Shown: piece after piece, positions 44,140-54,426 of the stretch | How the letters are laid out: every line of letters begins with the position of its first letter | How positions within the stretch are numbered: the stretch's first letter is position 1 | Source of the DNA: Candidatus Micrarchaeota archaeon | GTDB lineage: Archaea; B1Sed10-29; B47-G15 | DNA length: 64,000 nt | Direction of reading: 5' to 3' | NCBI GenBank assembly: GCA_003660975.1 | Contig: QMVG01000002.1 | Span: 1-64,000, forward strand | The notes under the pieces: generated by a model | Told to the model about the DNA's origin: nothing | Database searches by the model: none | The model's input: only the letters and a program-made list of their open reading frames with translations | Translations under genes and position numbers: made by a program

Positions 44140-45165
44140 ATGCTCATACTGTACAGGAAGGATAATCAGATTAAACTTAGGGTTCAAAGCTTGGAAGACC
44201 TCTGGCATTTGGAAAAGATAATCAGAAAGGGGGACAGGGTCTCCTCCCTTACTACAAGAAAATTCGTTGCAGATTCAGGAAGCCAGGAGAGAAAGAAGCT
44301 TTTTATCAAGATAGCAGTAGAGAAGCTCAGCTTTCACAGAGACATGTCAAAGCTGCGTATTTTGGGAAGCATAGTTGAAGCACGCCCAGAGGAGTTAGCC
44401 CAAATAGGGCAGCACCACAGTATTGATATTGGTGTTGGCGATGAGCTAACAGTAGAAAAGGACAGATGGACCAATTACGAGCTTGCAAGATTGAGGGAAG
44501 CTGAAAAACATGGCAAAAGAGAAAAGTTATCCGTGCTAACGATAGATGACTCATCAGCGCAACTTTTCCACATCTTAGGTTATGGCTTAAAAGAAGCTGG
44601 GGAAGTTCATGCTAGAGGGCTGCGAAAATACAGGCAGGTTTCGGATAAGGCGAGGCAAGATTACTACAACGATATCTATCAGCTGATTTCCTCTGTTGAT
44701 AAGTTAATAATAACTGGCCCTGGCTTTGAGAAAGACAGATTCAGGAAGTATCTAGAAGAAAAAGGAAAGGCAACAAAAATTATGTTCGAGAAAAGCAGTT
44801 CTACTGGCAAATCAGCTGTTGCTGAGCTGATAAACAAGGGAGTCATAGACAAAATTATGCGTGATTCCAGGCTGGTAAAAGAAAATAAGGCGGTTGAAGA
44901 GTTTGTTTCTTCGTTGGCCAAGGGCAGAGCAATATACGGGGAGAAAGAAGTTATAAATGCCTTAAAGTCAGGAGCTGTTGCGAAATTGCTTATTCTTGAT
45001 GAGCTACTTTTTACTCACAGGGAAAAGATAGATATGCTGTCTGAATTAGCTTCCAGAACAGGGACTGAACTGCTGTTTATAAGCCGTGAGAACGAGGCAT
45101 CGGAGAAAGTGAAGGCATTTGGCGGAATTGTCGGGATTTTGCGCTTTTCCCTAAGTAAATCATAA
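44140..45165 (+). CDS. pelA: mRNA surveillance protein pelota
   Basis: EDLWHL..II..GD.V...T.R, LRILG, HHSI, GPGF.K, YG..EV..A...GAV, FGGIVGILRF. Confidence 0.96.
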   Translation: MLILYRKDNQIKLRVQSLEDLWHLEKIIRKGDRVSSLTTRKFVADSGSQERKKLFIKIAVEKLSFHRDMSKLRILGSIVEARPEELAQIGQHHSIDIGVGDELTVEKDRWTNYELARLREAEKHGKREKLSVLTIDDSSAQLFHILGYGLKEAGEVHARGLRKYRQVSDKARQDYYNDIYQLISSVDKLIITGPGFEKDRFRKYLEEKGKATKIMFEKSSSTGKSAVAELINKGVIDKIMRDSRLVKENKAVEEFVSSLAKGRAIYGEKEVINALKSGAVAKLLILDELLFTHREKIDMLSELASRTGTELLFISRENEASEKVKAFGGIVGILRFSLSKS

Positions 45166-45188
45166 ATAGTTTGTAAATCTTCAAAACT

Positions 45189-47063
45189 ATGGTTGTTATG
45201 AAAAAGAAAGCCTTGTTGATTCTTTTGATTTTTAGCCCAGTTGTAAACGCCATCGCGCTTAATATAGTCCCACAAGTGTTAAACAATACCATAGGCAATG
45301 TTTCTTTGGTTTTCTTCAACGATGAGAATATCAGCATATCGCAGTTATACTTCAATTCAAGTGACATAGCGATATCATCAGTGTCCGAAGACAATTGTTT
45401 GCTTTCAACATTTTCATTTAACTGTGATATTGATGTAAAGCCGTCTTCCCAACATTCTCTTTCTTTCACTTACATGGCGAATGCAGGCCAACACAATGCG
45501 AGCATAACCCTTGAAGACCTGTCTTCAAGGCGATTTGTTTTTAATAAATCCATAGTCGTTGACTTGGATAGACCAATTATGGCCAAGGTAGAAGTTGAAT
45601 ATCCCCCTGGCTACTTGGCTGCAAAAACAGGAACAGTTGTTATATTAAAAGCTTTCGTGGTTGATGCGACGAGTTATGTAAAAAAGGTAGTGGTTGATGC
45701 CGCTCCCATAGGCTGCGGCGAGCTTCAGTTGAGCAAGGGAGTTAGTTATTGGTCAGGCATTTGTAAGGTGGAGGCTAAGGATGGGGTTAAAATTCTGAAA
45801 GCAATTGCTTACGATGCCGCAGGAAATAAAGAAGAAAAGAACTTTCAAGTGATAATAGACAACAGTCCTTCAAAGATAAACTTAATTCACTTCAAGCAAG
45901 CTTCACGGATAGGCGAGACAGTTACATTTACATTTAATTTAAGCGAGAAGGGCACAAGCATTAAAGATGTTGTGATTGACATGTCTGAGCTGGGCTGCCC
46001 TGTCAAGCACCTTGAAGCAAGCGATGCTGTCTATTCCAGTTCATGCACTGTGGTTTCAGGAGAAGGCCATTATAATATTAGCATAGATGCTTATGATTAC
46101 GCCGGCAATGTGGAGAGAAAGCTTATAGATTTCTTCGTTGACAATCATCCTCCACAAATAAATAGTGTAGAGCTTAAGTATACAGGAAAGCAAAAGGCTG
46201 CAAAACAAGGAGACACTATTCACATCTTAGTTAACGCCAATGATTCTCTAAGTGGTGTTTCAAAGGTAATTCTACAGCAAAACAGCGTTTGTAGTGCTAA
46301 CTTCTCATATGAAAAAGGAGTGTGGGAAGGGCTTTGCACAGTTGAGGAAAAAAAGAGTGGCAATTACAAAATCATGCTTTTGGCTTATGACCAAGCAGGC
46401 AATGTCGTTAATGAGAGTATCAATATATCAATAGACAATGACGTTCCAGAAAGCCTTGAAATAGAGATGTTCAATAGCACACATCCCATTAACAATTTGA
46501 AGAACGGAGACATACTGTCCTTTGTTATCTCTGCTTATGACAGTCAGTCAGGCATTCAGTCAGTAAGGGTTTATGGTCAGGGAACTGGTTGCGATGCTAC
46601 TTTAAACTATGCTAACGGCTATTGGAGCGGCTTCTGCAAGGTTCACAGGGCTTCTATGGGGCCTGCCTCCATTGCAATTATAGCATATGATTACGCCAAT
46701 AACAGCATTTCACACAGCATTGACATCAACATAAATGACAGCTTCTGCGACAAAATCTGTGACATTGGATACAGATTAAACTACAGCACCTGCACTTGTG
46801 AAAAAATGGCATGTAACAAGATATGCCCTCGCGGCTTCAATCTTAACAGGGAGTCATGCACCTGCGAGGCTCCAAAGGTTTGCAATAAAAAATGCAAAGA
46901 AGGGGAAAAATTGAACACTCAAGATTGCGTTTGCGAAAAAGTTAAGGCAGAGGAAACAGATTATACATGGGTTTTGTATCTGGGGGTCATAGTTGTTTTG
47001 CTTGTTCCATTAACCTTTGCGTTGAACTCAAAAATGATAAATTCCTTGAAAAAATACGACTAA
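45189..47063 (+). CDS. Cell-surface protein with Ig-like repeats, a Cys-rich stalk and a C-terminal TM anchor
   Basis: Signal peptide; four A(Y)DxA(G/N)N-ending repeats; three C-x3-C-x2-G-x2-LN-x3-CxC repeats; TM. Confidence 0.8.
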   Translation: MVVMKKKALLILLIFSPVVNAIALNIVPQVLNNTIGNVSLVFFNDENISISQLYFNSSDIAISSVSEDNCLLSTFSFNCDIDVKPSSQHSLSFTYMANAGQHNASITLEDLSSRRFVFNKSIVVDLDRPIMAKVEVEYPPGYLAAKTGTVVILKAFVVDATSYVKKVVVDAAPIGCGELQLSKGVSYWSGICKVEAKDGVKILKAIAYDAAGNKEEKNFQVIIDNSPSKINLIHFKQASRIGETVTFTFNLSEKGTSIKDVVIDMSELGCPVKHLEASDAVYSSSCTVVSGEGHYNISIDAYDYAGNVERKLIDFFVDNHPPQINSVELKYTGKQKAAKQGDTIHILVNANDSLSGVSKVILQQNSVCSANFSYEKGVWEGLCTVEEKKSGNYKIMLLAYDQAGNVVNESINISIDNDVPESLEIEMFNSTHPINNLKNGDILSFVISAYDSQSGIQSVRVYGQGTGCDATLNYANGYWSGFCKVHRASMGPASIAIIAYDYANNSISHSIDININDSFCDKICDIGYRLNYSTCTCEKMACNKICPRGFNLNRESCTCEAPKVCNKKCKEGEKLNTQDCVCEKVKAEETDYTWVLYLGVIVVLLVPLTFALNSKMINSLKKYD

Positions 47064-48019
47064 TGCCTAGAGCTTAAAACAAGATAAGCCAAAAATGCCT
47101 CCATTTGTATTCTCTCATTTGCGCCCTCACTTATTCTAAAATTATATTCTCCCAATTTATCTATAATTCTCAGCTTTGTCTCTGCATCTATTTCCATGGC
47201 ATTTATTTCTGAGTAGATCTGAGCCATCACGTCCTCACCGCTCATTCCATACTCATACAGCAAAATGTCTAATTGCTTTCTTGCCTCTTCAAACTTTCCT
47301 TTGATGGCCTCACTAAGCATCTTCTTGATTTCCTCTGGTTTGGCTCTCGTAGCCACTTTATATATCTCTGCCTCTGTGATTTTTTTAGCTGTTGTGCTAG
47401 CTGTCTGCAGGAAGTTTATCGCCTTTCTCATATCTCCCTCTGAGACATAAACCAAAGCTTCATATGCTTTTTTGTCCACATGTAGTTTTTCTTTTTCTGC
47501 TATATACTGCAGCCTTTTTATTATCTGCTCTTTGTTTAGTGGTTTGAACCTAAATACTGCACATCTGGATTGGATGGGCTCTATTATCTTTCCTGAGTAA
47601 TTGCATGACAAGATAAAACGAGTAGTGCCCGCAAATTTTTCCATAGTTCTTCTTAAAGCGTTTTGCGCGTCTTTTGTCAGGGCATCTGCTTCATCAAGGA
47701 AGATGATTTTAAAACCACTGCGACCATATGCAAGAGAACTGGCAAAGTCTTTTATCTTTCCTCTTATGATATCTATGCCTCTCTCGTCAGAAGCGTTTAA
47801 CTCTAAAAAGTTTCGCTTAAAGTCATCACCGAAAAGCTCCTTCCCAAGTGCCACTGCACACACGGTTTTGCCTATGCCTGGTGGACCAGCAAATAACATA
47901 TTCGGCATGTTTCTTTGCTTTACATATGCTTGCAGTCTCTCAACAATCCGTTCATGACCTACAACATCTGAAAGCCTGTTTGGTCTGTACTTTTCTGTCC
48001 AAGGCAGTTCGATTTCCAT
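47060..48019 (-). CDS. rfcS: Replication factor C small subunit
   Basis: PWTEKYRP, GPPGIGKT, ELNASDERG, LDEAD, AQNALRRTME, IQSRC; no intein. Confidence 0.98.
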   Translation of the reverse strand: MEIELPWTEKYRPNRLSDVVGHERIVERLQAYVKQRNMPNMLFAGPPGIGKTVCAVALGKELFGDDFKRNFLELNASDERGIDIIRGKIKDFASSLAYGRSGFKIIFLDEADALTKDAQNALRRTMEKFAGTTRFILSCNYSGKIIEPIQSRCAVFRFKPLNKEQIIKRLQYIAEKEKLHVDKKAYEALVYVSEGDMRKAINFLQTASTTAKKITEAEIYKVATRAKPEEIKKMLSEAIKGKFEEARKQLDILLYEYGMSGEDVMAQIYSEINAMEIDAETKLRIIDKLGEYNFRISEGANERIQMEAFLAYLVLSSRH

Positions 48020-48092
48020 GTTAAATAATATGCCAAGTGATTATTAAATATCTTTAGGGATAACTTTAAATAGGGCGCTTTAATAAAAGCTT

Positions 48093-48452
48093 ATGAGTGC
48101 TATGAAAGAATACATACATGTGGTAAGTACAGCTGAAGTGCCTGGCTATGAAATAATTGACATAAAGGGTCTTGTTTGGGGAACTACTGTTAGAGCTAAG
48201 TTTCTAGGAAAAGACCTGTTAGCTATTTTTCGCTCTCTTGTCGGCGGAGAGATAAAGGAGTATACTGATATGGTCAATATTGCAAGGAGGCAAGCAATAG
48301 AGAGAATGGTTGCCAATGCCAAGGCCTTAGGCGCAAATGCAGTCGTTAATGTTCACATTGGAAGCACATCACAGGTTCTACCTGGCACTGTGGAGCTTTT
48401 TGCTTATGGCACAGCCGTTGTTATAAGGCCTAAAAAGAAAAAGAGGAAGTAA
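48093..48452 (+). CDS. YbjQ/UPF0145 family protein
   Basis: GLVWG..VRA...GKD....VGGEI..Y...R..A..RM...A..LGANAVV...AYGTAV. Confidence 0.93.
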   Translation: MSAMKEYIHVVSTAEVPGYEIIDIKGLVWGTTVRAKFLGKDLLAIFRSLVGGEIKEYTDMVNIARRQAIERMVANAKALGANAVVNVHIGSTSQVLPGTVELFAYGTAVVIRPKKKKRK

Positions 48453-48454
48453 CA

Positions 48455-48763
48455 ATGACAGTTGCAGAGATTAGCCTAAAACTTTTCGCTTTAATCTTTG
48501 GTTACTTATACCCAGATTTACTGCTTCTCTTTGGAGCAAAAAAGAAATTTGCGTTTTCTCTTATAAGTATTGCTCTACTTGCTTTTGTTATATTTGTAGC
48601 TTTTTTATTTGCACCTTTTCTCGCTTTTGGCCGTATGACTGCCTTACCAATACATGAATTTTATAAGCACGACATGTTTTGGATAGCTGTTTTTTCAGTC
48701 ATCGGTGGAGGCATTAGATTCATCCAGAACATTGTTTCAGAGAAATTTTTTAATAAGAAGTGA
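48455..48763 (+). CDS. Hypothetical 3-TM membrane protein
   Basis: Hydrophobic ORF within the operon. Confidence 0.6.
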   Translation: MTVAEISLKLFALIFGYLYPDLLLLFGAKKKFAFSLISIALLAFVIFVAFLFAPFLAFGRMTALPIHEFYKHDMFWIAVFSVIGGGIRFIQNIVSEKFFNKK

Positions 48764-48769
48764 AATCAG

Positions 48770-49987
48770 ATGAATATCTTTCTAGACACATATGGCTGTG
48801 CCATAAACAAGGCAGATTCAAATATCATAAGAGCCATACTTGGAAAGCACAACTTCACTTCTCTGGAAAAGGCAGAAATCGTTATAGTTAACTCATGCGC
48901 TGTCAAAGCACAAACAGAGTCACGAGTGGCTGATGCTGTCAGGAAATACAAAAGATTAGGGAAGAGGGTTATTCTACTTGGTTGTTTGCCCCGTATCAAC
49001 CCAAAACTCAGCAGAAGCTTGGGCGTCGAAATTGTGGACTTAGACGACTATCACTTATTGCCTTATATTATAGATGGGGACAGAGCGCTTGAAGAAAAAG
49101 ACAGAATCAAATTGCCGATGTACGATGATTCTTCAGTAACAGGCATAATACCAATAGCAGAGGGCTGTTTGGGGAATTGCACTTATTGCGCAGTTAAAAA
49201 TGCAAGGGGAAGGCTAAGAAGCTATCCAGAGGACTGGATTGTCAAGAAGCTAAAACATTTAGTCAAAATCGGAAAAAAGCAGATTTTTATAACTGCTCAG
49301 GACACTGGTTGCTATGGCCTTGACATCAACAGCTCTCTCCCTGAACTGGTAAAAAAATTGCTGGAAGTAGAAGGAGAATTCCGTATCAGGATTGGAATGA
49401 TGAACCCACAATTTGCCAAAGAGATAAGCAAAGACTTACTGCCCTTATTTTCTGATAAAAGGTTGTACCGCTTTGTTCACATCCCACTGCAATCTGGCTC
49501 GAACAAAGTATTAAAAGATATGAAGAGAAGCTATACTGTTGAGGACTTTATGGAAACAGTCAAAAATTTTAGAAAAGTTAAAGACATGTCTATCGCAACA
49601 GATATGATAGTTGCGTATCCAACAGAAAGTGAAGGGGATTTTGAAGATTCGATGGAAGTTCTAAAAAAGACAAAACCAGATGTTACCAATATATCAAAGT
49701 TTTATCCAAGACCCATGACAGAAGCAGCCCGGCTTAAGCCTCTTCCAACGCAGATTCTCGCAGAACGCTCCTTGAAAATGTCAAAATTGTGTAGGCAAAT
49801 AAGCCTCGAGTCAAATTTGAACTATGTTGGCAGAGAATTAGAGTGCTTGGTCACTGGGAAGACAAAATATGGTCAGCTTAAAGGCAGGGCCATAAACTTC
49901 AAGCAAGTAGCTCTTCACAGCGGTAGACTGGGAGAATTTGTCAAAGTAAAAGTAAAGGGCGCGAGCCCCACGCTTTTGAAGGCATAA
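48770..49987 (+). CDS. tRNA t6A37 methylthiotransferase (archaeal e-MtaB)
   Basis: TYGC..N..DS, NSCAVK, GC, CLGNCTYC, RIRIGMMNP, HIPLQSGS, TRAM domain. Confidence 0.93.
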   Translation: MNIFLDTYGCAINKADSNIIRAILGKHNFTSLEKAEIVIVNSCAVKAQTESRVADAVRKYKRLGKRVILLGCLPRINPKLSRSLGVEIVDLDDYHLLPYIIDGDRALEEKDRIKLPMYDDSSVTGIIPIAEGCLGNCTYCAVKNARGRLRSYPEDWIVKKLKHLVKIGKKQIFITAQDTGCYGLDINSSLPELVKKLLEVEGEFRIRIGMMNPQFAKEISKDLLPLFSDKRLYRFVHIPLQSGSNKVLKDMKRSYTVEDFMETVKNFRKVKDMSIATDMIVAYPTESEGDFEDSMEVLKKTKPDVTNISKFYPRPMTEAARLKPLPTQILAERSLKMSKLCRQISLESNLNYVGRELECLVTGKTKYGQLKGRAINFKQVALHSGRLGEFVKVKVKGASPTLLKA

Positions 49988-50028
49988 CCCTCGTATATTT
50001 TATATAGAAGTTAAACCCTATTTTTATC

Positions 50029-50772
50029 ATGCAACTTGCATTAAAGAAGAGCATTAAAATGTATCTAGATTCATTCGGAATTATTGCAGGTTTTAGCATA
50101 TTTGCCCTTTGTTCTTTGATTCTAATTCCTCTAATTGCCAGCTATATTGATTTGGGCAGTGGTTTTATTAGGTACTCATCATTATACCTTGATATAAACA
50201 CGGTTCAAGCAACTGTTTTCCTCTTTGTCGGGATTATCTCCCTGCTTTTCATGGCTTTCTTTATGTCCTCAATTATTACAACCGTCAAATTAAAAGAGAC
50301 CCTGGACCACGTGGGCTTTACAAAAGTGCTTCATTCATTTTACTCTTATGTGCTACGTATATTCTCTTTGCTTGTGTTTTTGGGCATAGCAACAGCTGGC
50401 ATCGGAGTCCTATTTACATATCTTCAGCTTCCAAACGCAGCGCTCCAGTTAATAATATTTGCCATATGGCTGCCATTTATCTTTGTTCCACAAATTGTCA
50501 TTCTCGATGATTTCAGTATAACTAAGGCAATAAAGGATTCATTCAACTTTATAGTAAATAATCCCAAGCCGACTTTATTTTACTTTATTGTGGGATTCGC
50601 TTTGATGCTCATATTGGCAGTAATAGAAGTACTGCTGGGACACCTCTTCATATGGGAACATAAACTAATCACGATATTCTTGCTCTCATTGGGGGTTTTG
50701 CCTTTTATGTTGATATTCACAACCGAGCTATACCTAAGCAGGTATCCTCTCTCCCATACTAAGTCGGTTTAA
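50029..50772 (+). CDS. Hypothetical multi-TM membrane protein
   Basis: About 6 TM helices; AIKDSFNF motif. Confidence 0.65.
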   Translation: MQLALKKSIKMYLDSFGIIAGFSIFALCSLILIPLIASYIDLGSGFIRYSSLYLDINTVQATVFLFVGIISLLFMAFFMSSIITTVKLKETLDHVGFTKVLHSFYSYVLRIFSLLVFLGIATAGIGVLFTYLQLPNAALQLIIFAIWLPFIFVPQIVILDDFSITKAIKDSFNFIVNNPKPTLFYFIVGFALMLILAVIEVLLGHLFIWEHKLITIFLLSLGVLPFMLIFTTELYLSRYPLSHTKSV

Positions 50773-50809
50773 GCAAATCTTTTTATATGCTGCCTACTTT
50801 TTAAGACTG

Positions 50810-51196
50810 ATGAGGAAGAGAGATACAGATTATTATCTCATTGTCTTAGCTATTCTTCTATTTTTGGGAGGCCTCTTGATGATGGCCTACGATTATAAGT
50901 TTTCTGCTTCTGCAGTAAGAAAATTCGAACAAAAGCTTCCACCGCAGGTTTCCTTTAATTATGGCCAGTGCGGAGAAGACCCCTTAACTTACTGTTTTGA
51001 GGGAGGGGCTTATGACCCTGATGGTGGAGACATCCTCTTTATGACGTGGGACCTTGGAGATGGCAGGATAGCCAGCTCGCTCTACAATCACATAGAGCAC
51101 CACTACAAAAAAGCAGGGACATACACTGTTACGCTTAGATGCATAGATGATGAAAATACCATGTCAAGCTATTCAAAGACAATCCATGTGGGCTGA
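50810..51196 (+). CDS. Membrane-anchored PKD-domain protein
   Basis: YDPDG...WDLGDG...H.Y...GTYTVTL...DD. Confidence 0.85.
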   Translation: MRKRDTDYYLIVLAILLFLGGLLMMAYDYKFSASAVRKFEQKLPPQVSFNYGQCGEDPLTYCFEGGAYDPDGGDILFMTWDLGDGRIASSLYNHIEHHYKKAGTYTVTLRCIDDENTMSSYSKTIHVG

Positions 51197-51229
51197 CTTT
51201 TTATACTTGATATTCCAATAAGATAAAGC

Positions 51230-53233
51230 ATGAAATTGATTATAGCTGAAAAGGCCAGTGCAGCGCGTAGGATTGCGGAGATACTTGGCATTAAAAAAAG
51301 CGAGAAATATAAGGGCATTCCAATATATCATCTAAAAGACGCTGTTGTTATTCCTCTTAGAGGCCATATCGTTGATTTGGAATTTCCCAAGGAGTATTCC
51401 AGTTGGACCAGAGTAAGTCTTTCATCTCTTCTCAAAGCGCCAATACTCTATAAACTGGCCAATAAGGACATAAGAGATGTTTTAAAAAAATATGCAAAAG
51501 ATGCGGATATTCTTATAATAGCAACTGATTACGACAGAGAAGGAGAAAGCATAGGCAAAGAGGCAATAAACATAGTGAAAGAATTTAACCCAGGAATAAA
51601 AGTAAAACGCGCCAAGTTTTCTGCTATAACTGAGAAAGATATTAAAGAGGCTTTTACACATCTCCAGGATTTTAATTACAAAATGGCCAATGCAGCAGAT
51701 GCTCGCAGGGAAATAGACTTGTTGTGGGGGGCAATACTAACACGATATGTATCCTTAGCCTCTCAGCGCTTGGGAAAATCCTTTCTCTCTGTTGGCAGGG
51801 TTCAGACTCCCACCTTATCTCTCATAGTATCTAGGGAGGAGGAAATAAAAAGCTTCAAACCCAAGCCATATTGGCAGGTCAAGATTCGCTGCACAAAGAA
51901 AAAGAAGAGCTTTGATGCAGTATATCACAAAGAAAAGATTTTTGAGAAGTCAGAAGCAGATCGTTTATCTCTTTTAAAAGCTGACACTGCTAAGGTTCTT
52001 GCTGTTGAGAAGAAAAGGTTAAAGCAAGCAGCTCCTACCCCGTTCTCAACAAATGACTTTTTGAGAGCAGCAGCTTCTCTTGGCTTCAGCCCAAAAAGGG
52101 CCTTAGACATAGCGGAATCTCTTTATATTCAGGGATATATCTCATATCCAAGAACAGACAATACAGTGTATCCATCCACACTAAACCTAAGGGAGATATT
52201 AAAAAAGCTTTCTAAATCCCCTGATTACAGAGCATATGCAGAAAAAGTTCTGTCTATGAAGAAACTCCAGCCTAGCAAAGGTAGGAAAAAAGCCACAGAC
52301 CACCCACCAATACACCCAGTGGATATTGCCAAGGGATTGAGTAAACAAGAGAAAAAGATTTATGACTTAATCGTAAGAAGATTTCTGGCCACCTTGTATC
52401 CTCCAGCAGAGTTGGAAAGCGTTTCAGTTAAGTTGGGCTACTGTGGTGAGTTCTTTCTTGCCTCTGGAAAGCGTTATGTTGAAAAAGCTTGGAAGGAAGT
52501 TTATACATTTGGCAAGGACAAGGAAGAGATACTTCCTCCTTTGCTGGAAGGTGAGGAAGTTAAAGTAAAGAAATTGATTGTGGAAGAGAAAGAAACAAAG
52601 CCAAAACCAAGGTTTTCAGCATCTGCACTGTTAAAGCTTATGGAGGACCTAGGACTGGGGACCAAAAGCACCAGGGCTGAAATTATCCAGAAGCTCCAGA
52701 GCAGGGGTTATATATCTGGCGCCAAGGTTTTTGTACCATCAAAAATAGCTCATGCAGTTGTTGACATGCTCAGGAAATATGGTAGAAAAATAACAGAGGC
52801 ATCTATGACTGCTGAGCTTGAAAAGGAAATAGATGACATAGAGAAGGGGAAAAAGAAGAAAGAGGAAGTGGTTAAAAATTCAAGTAAAATGCTTTCAGAA
52901 GTGCTAGAAGTCTTGGAGGACAATAAGTTCAGAGTAGCAGGCGACCTTCAAAAGGCATTGAAAGAAGACAGCGTGCTTGGAAAATGCCCAAAATGTGGAG
53001 GAGATTTACTTATAATAGAAACGAATAAAGGCACCCGTTTTGTCGGATGCTCTGGCTACAAAAACGGTTGTGATGTTTCCTATCCATTACCTGCCAAGGG
53101 AAAGATAGTGAACCTTCATAAGAAGTGTAATGTATGTGGTCTTCCCATGATAAGGGTTATCCGTGGCAGGCGATATTTTGATATGTGCATAAACCCAAAT
53201 TGCCCCAGCAAAAAGGATTGGTCCAGCAAGTGA
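51230..53233 (+). CDS. topA: Type IA DNA topoisomerase
   Basis: IIAEK, ATDYDREGE, SVGRVQTP, ISYPRTD (catalytic Tyr), HPPIHP, GLGTKSTR, Zn ribbons. Confidence 0.98.
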   Translation: MKLIIAEKASAARRIAEILGIKKSEKYKGIPIYHLKDAVVIPLRGHIVDLEFPKEYSSWTRVSLSSLLKAPILYKLANKDIRDVLKKYAKDADILIIATDYDREGESIGKEAINIVKEFNPGIKVKRAKFSAITEKDIKEAFTHLQDFNYKMANAADARREIDLLWGAILTRYVSLASQRLGKSFLSVGRVQTPTLSLIVSREEEIKSFKPKPYWQVKIRCTKKKKSFDAVYHKEKIFEKSEADRLSLLKADTAKVLAVEKKRLKQAAPTPFSTNDFLRAAASLGFSPKRALDIAESLYIQGYISYPRTDNTVYPSTLNLREILKKLSKSPDYRAYAEKVLSMKKLQPSKGRKKATDHPPIHPVDIAKGLSKQEKKIYDLIVRRFLATLYPPAELESVSVKLGYCGEFFLASGKRYVEKAWKEVYTFGKDKEEILPPLLEGEEVKVKKLIVEEKETKPKPRFSASALLKLMEDLGLGTKSTRAEIIQKLQSRGYISGAKVFVPSKIAHAVVDMLRKYGRKITEASMTAELEKEIDDIEKGKKKKEEVVKNSSKMLSEVLEVLEDNKFRVAGDLQKALKEDSVLGKCPKCGGDLLIIETNKGTRFVGCSGYKNGCDVSYPLPAKGKIVNLHKKCNVCGLPMIRVIRGRRYFDMCINPNCPSKKDWSSK

Positions 53234-53237
53234 TGAA

Positions 53238-54395
53238 ATGAAATTTGAAAAGCCCTTCATTGCACTTTTATTTTCAACATTTTTTCTTACAGCTGCATCA
53301 TCAATTATTGCTCCAATAGAGTCGAGGTTTATACAAACCCTAAATGCAGACCCTGCCGTGATAGGCTTTACCCTGTCAATCCCTTCAATAGTGTTTATAA
53401 TTATTTCTCCTTTAATTGGCAGGCTGTCTGTTAAGTACGGTCTTCGTAAGTTAACACTCTATTCTATCTGGTTTTCTGTTGTGATTCCCATAGTATATGC
53501 GAGTAGCCAAAATATACTCCAATATATGGGGGCAAAGTTAGGTTATGGGCTTACTGCAGTGGTCTTCGGTCCAATTATGTATTCAATACTGCAATATTAT
53601 ATATCAGATAGAAAGGAAAGCAGAGGCCAGCTATCTGGCTTTTACTTCTCTGCCCAAGCCATAGGAGGAAGCTTAGCTTCTTTCATGGGAGGGTTTATAG
53701 CAGATAGCTTTTTTCTGGCTGCCCCATATTATGCGATGGCAGTTTTTACATTGCTTTCTGCTTTGTCTATGCATTTCGTCGATGTAAAAGAGAAAATAGA
53801 AGTACCCAGATATCACAAACCATTCCAGCTCTTGAGATACTTAATAAAGGATAAAACCGTTCGTTTTACATTTATCTTTTCTTCTATGGCTAGTATGCAT
53901 TGGGGCATGAGGGCTGTAATATTTCCCCTATTTATTTTTTCTATGACAGGTGCAAACTTTTACACCGGTCTCTTGTACTCGTCAATGGGCTTGCTTGCTA
54001 TGTTTACATTACCTATGGCAGGCCATTTACTAGACAAAAAGGGCATAAGAGTAAGCATCTATGCTATTGCAGTCCTCGCTATTTCTTCCCTTCTTATGGC
54101 CTTCTCAAACAACTTTCTTTTTTTCTATTTATTTTCACTTCTTTATGTCATCGGAGAGGCATTTAACGGCACTACTCTTAGTTATGTTGATGTTAGTCAT
54201 TTACCTGAACAAATACGCAAAGAACTAATTTCTTTGAGGGCCTCTCTCTTTGCGTTGGTCTCTTTTATTGCCCCTTTTCTTGCTGGCCTCGTTCTTAAAT
54301 ACAGCTCCTACCAAGTTGTATTGCTTTTATTTTCATCTTTTTTCTGGATATTGCTTTTTTACACCTTGTTTTTGTTTGGACGGGGAGAATTATAG
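53238..54395 (+). CDS. MFS transporter
   Basis: 12 TM helices; GRLS.KYG.R and G.LLDKKG.R motif A. Confidence 0.9.
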   Translation: MKFEKPFIALLFSTFFLTAASSIIAPIESRFIQTLNADPAVIGFTLSIPSIVFIIISPLIGRLSVKYGLRKLTLYSIWFSVVIPIVYASSQNILQYMGAKLGYGLTAVVFGPIMYSILQYYISDRKESRGQLSGFYFSAQAIGGSLASFMGGFIADSFFLAAPYYAMAVFTLLSALSMHFVDVKEKIEVPRYHKPFQLLRYLIKDKTVRFTFIFSSMASMHWGMRAVIFPLFIFSMTGANFYTGLLYSSMGLLAMFTLPMAGHLLDKKGIRVSIYAIAVLAISSLLMAFSNNFLFFYLFSLLYVIGEAFNGTTLSYVDVSHLPEQIRKELISLRASLFALVSFIAPFLAGLVLKYSSYQVVLLLFSSFFWILLFYTLFLFGRGEL

Positions 54396-54426
54396 AAAAC
54401 ACTAACATAATCTTTAAAAATAGCCT

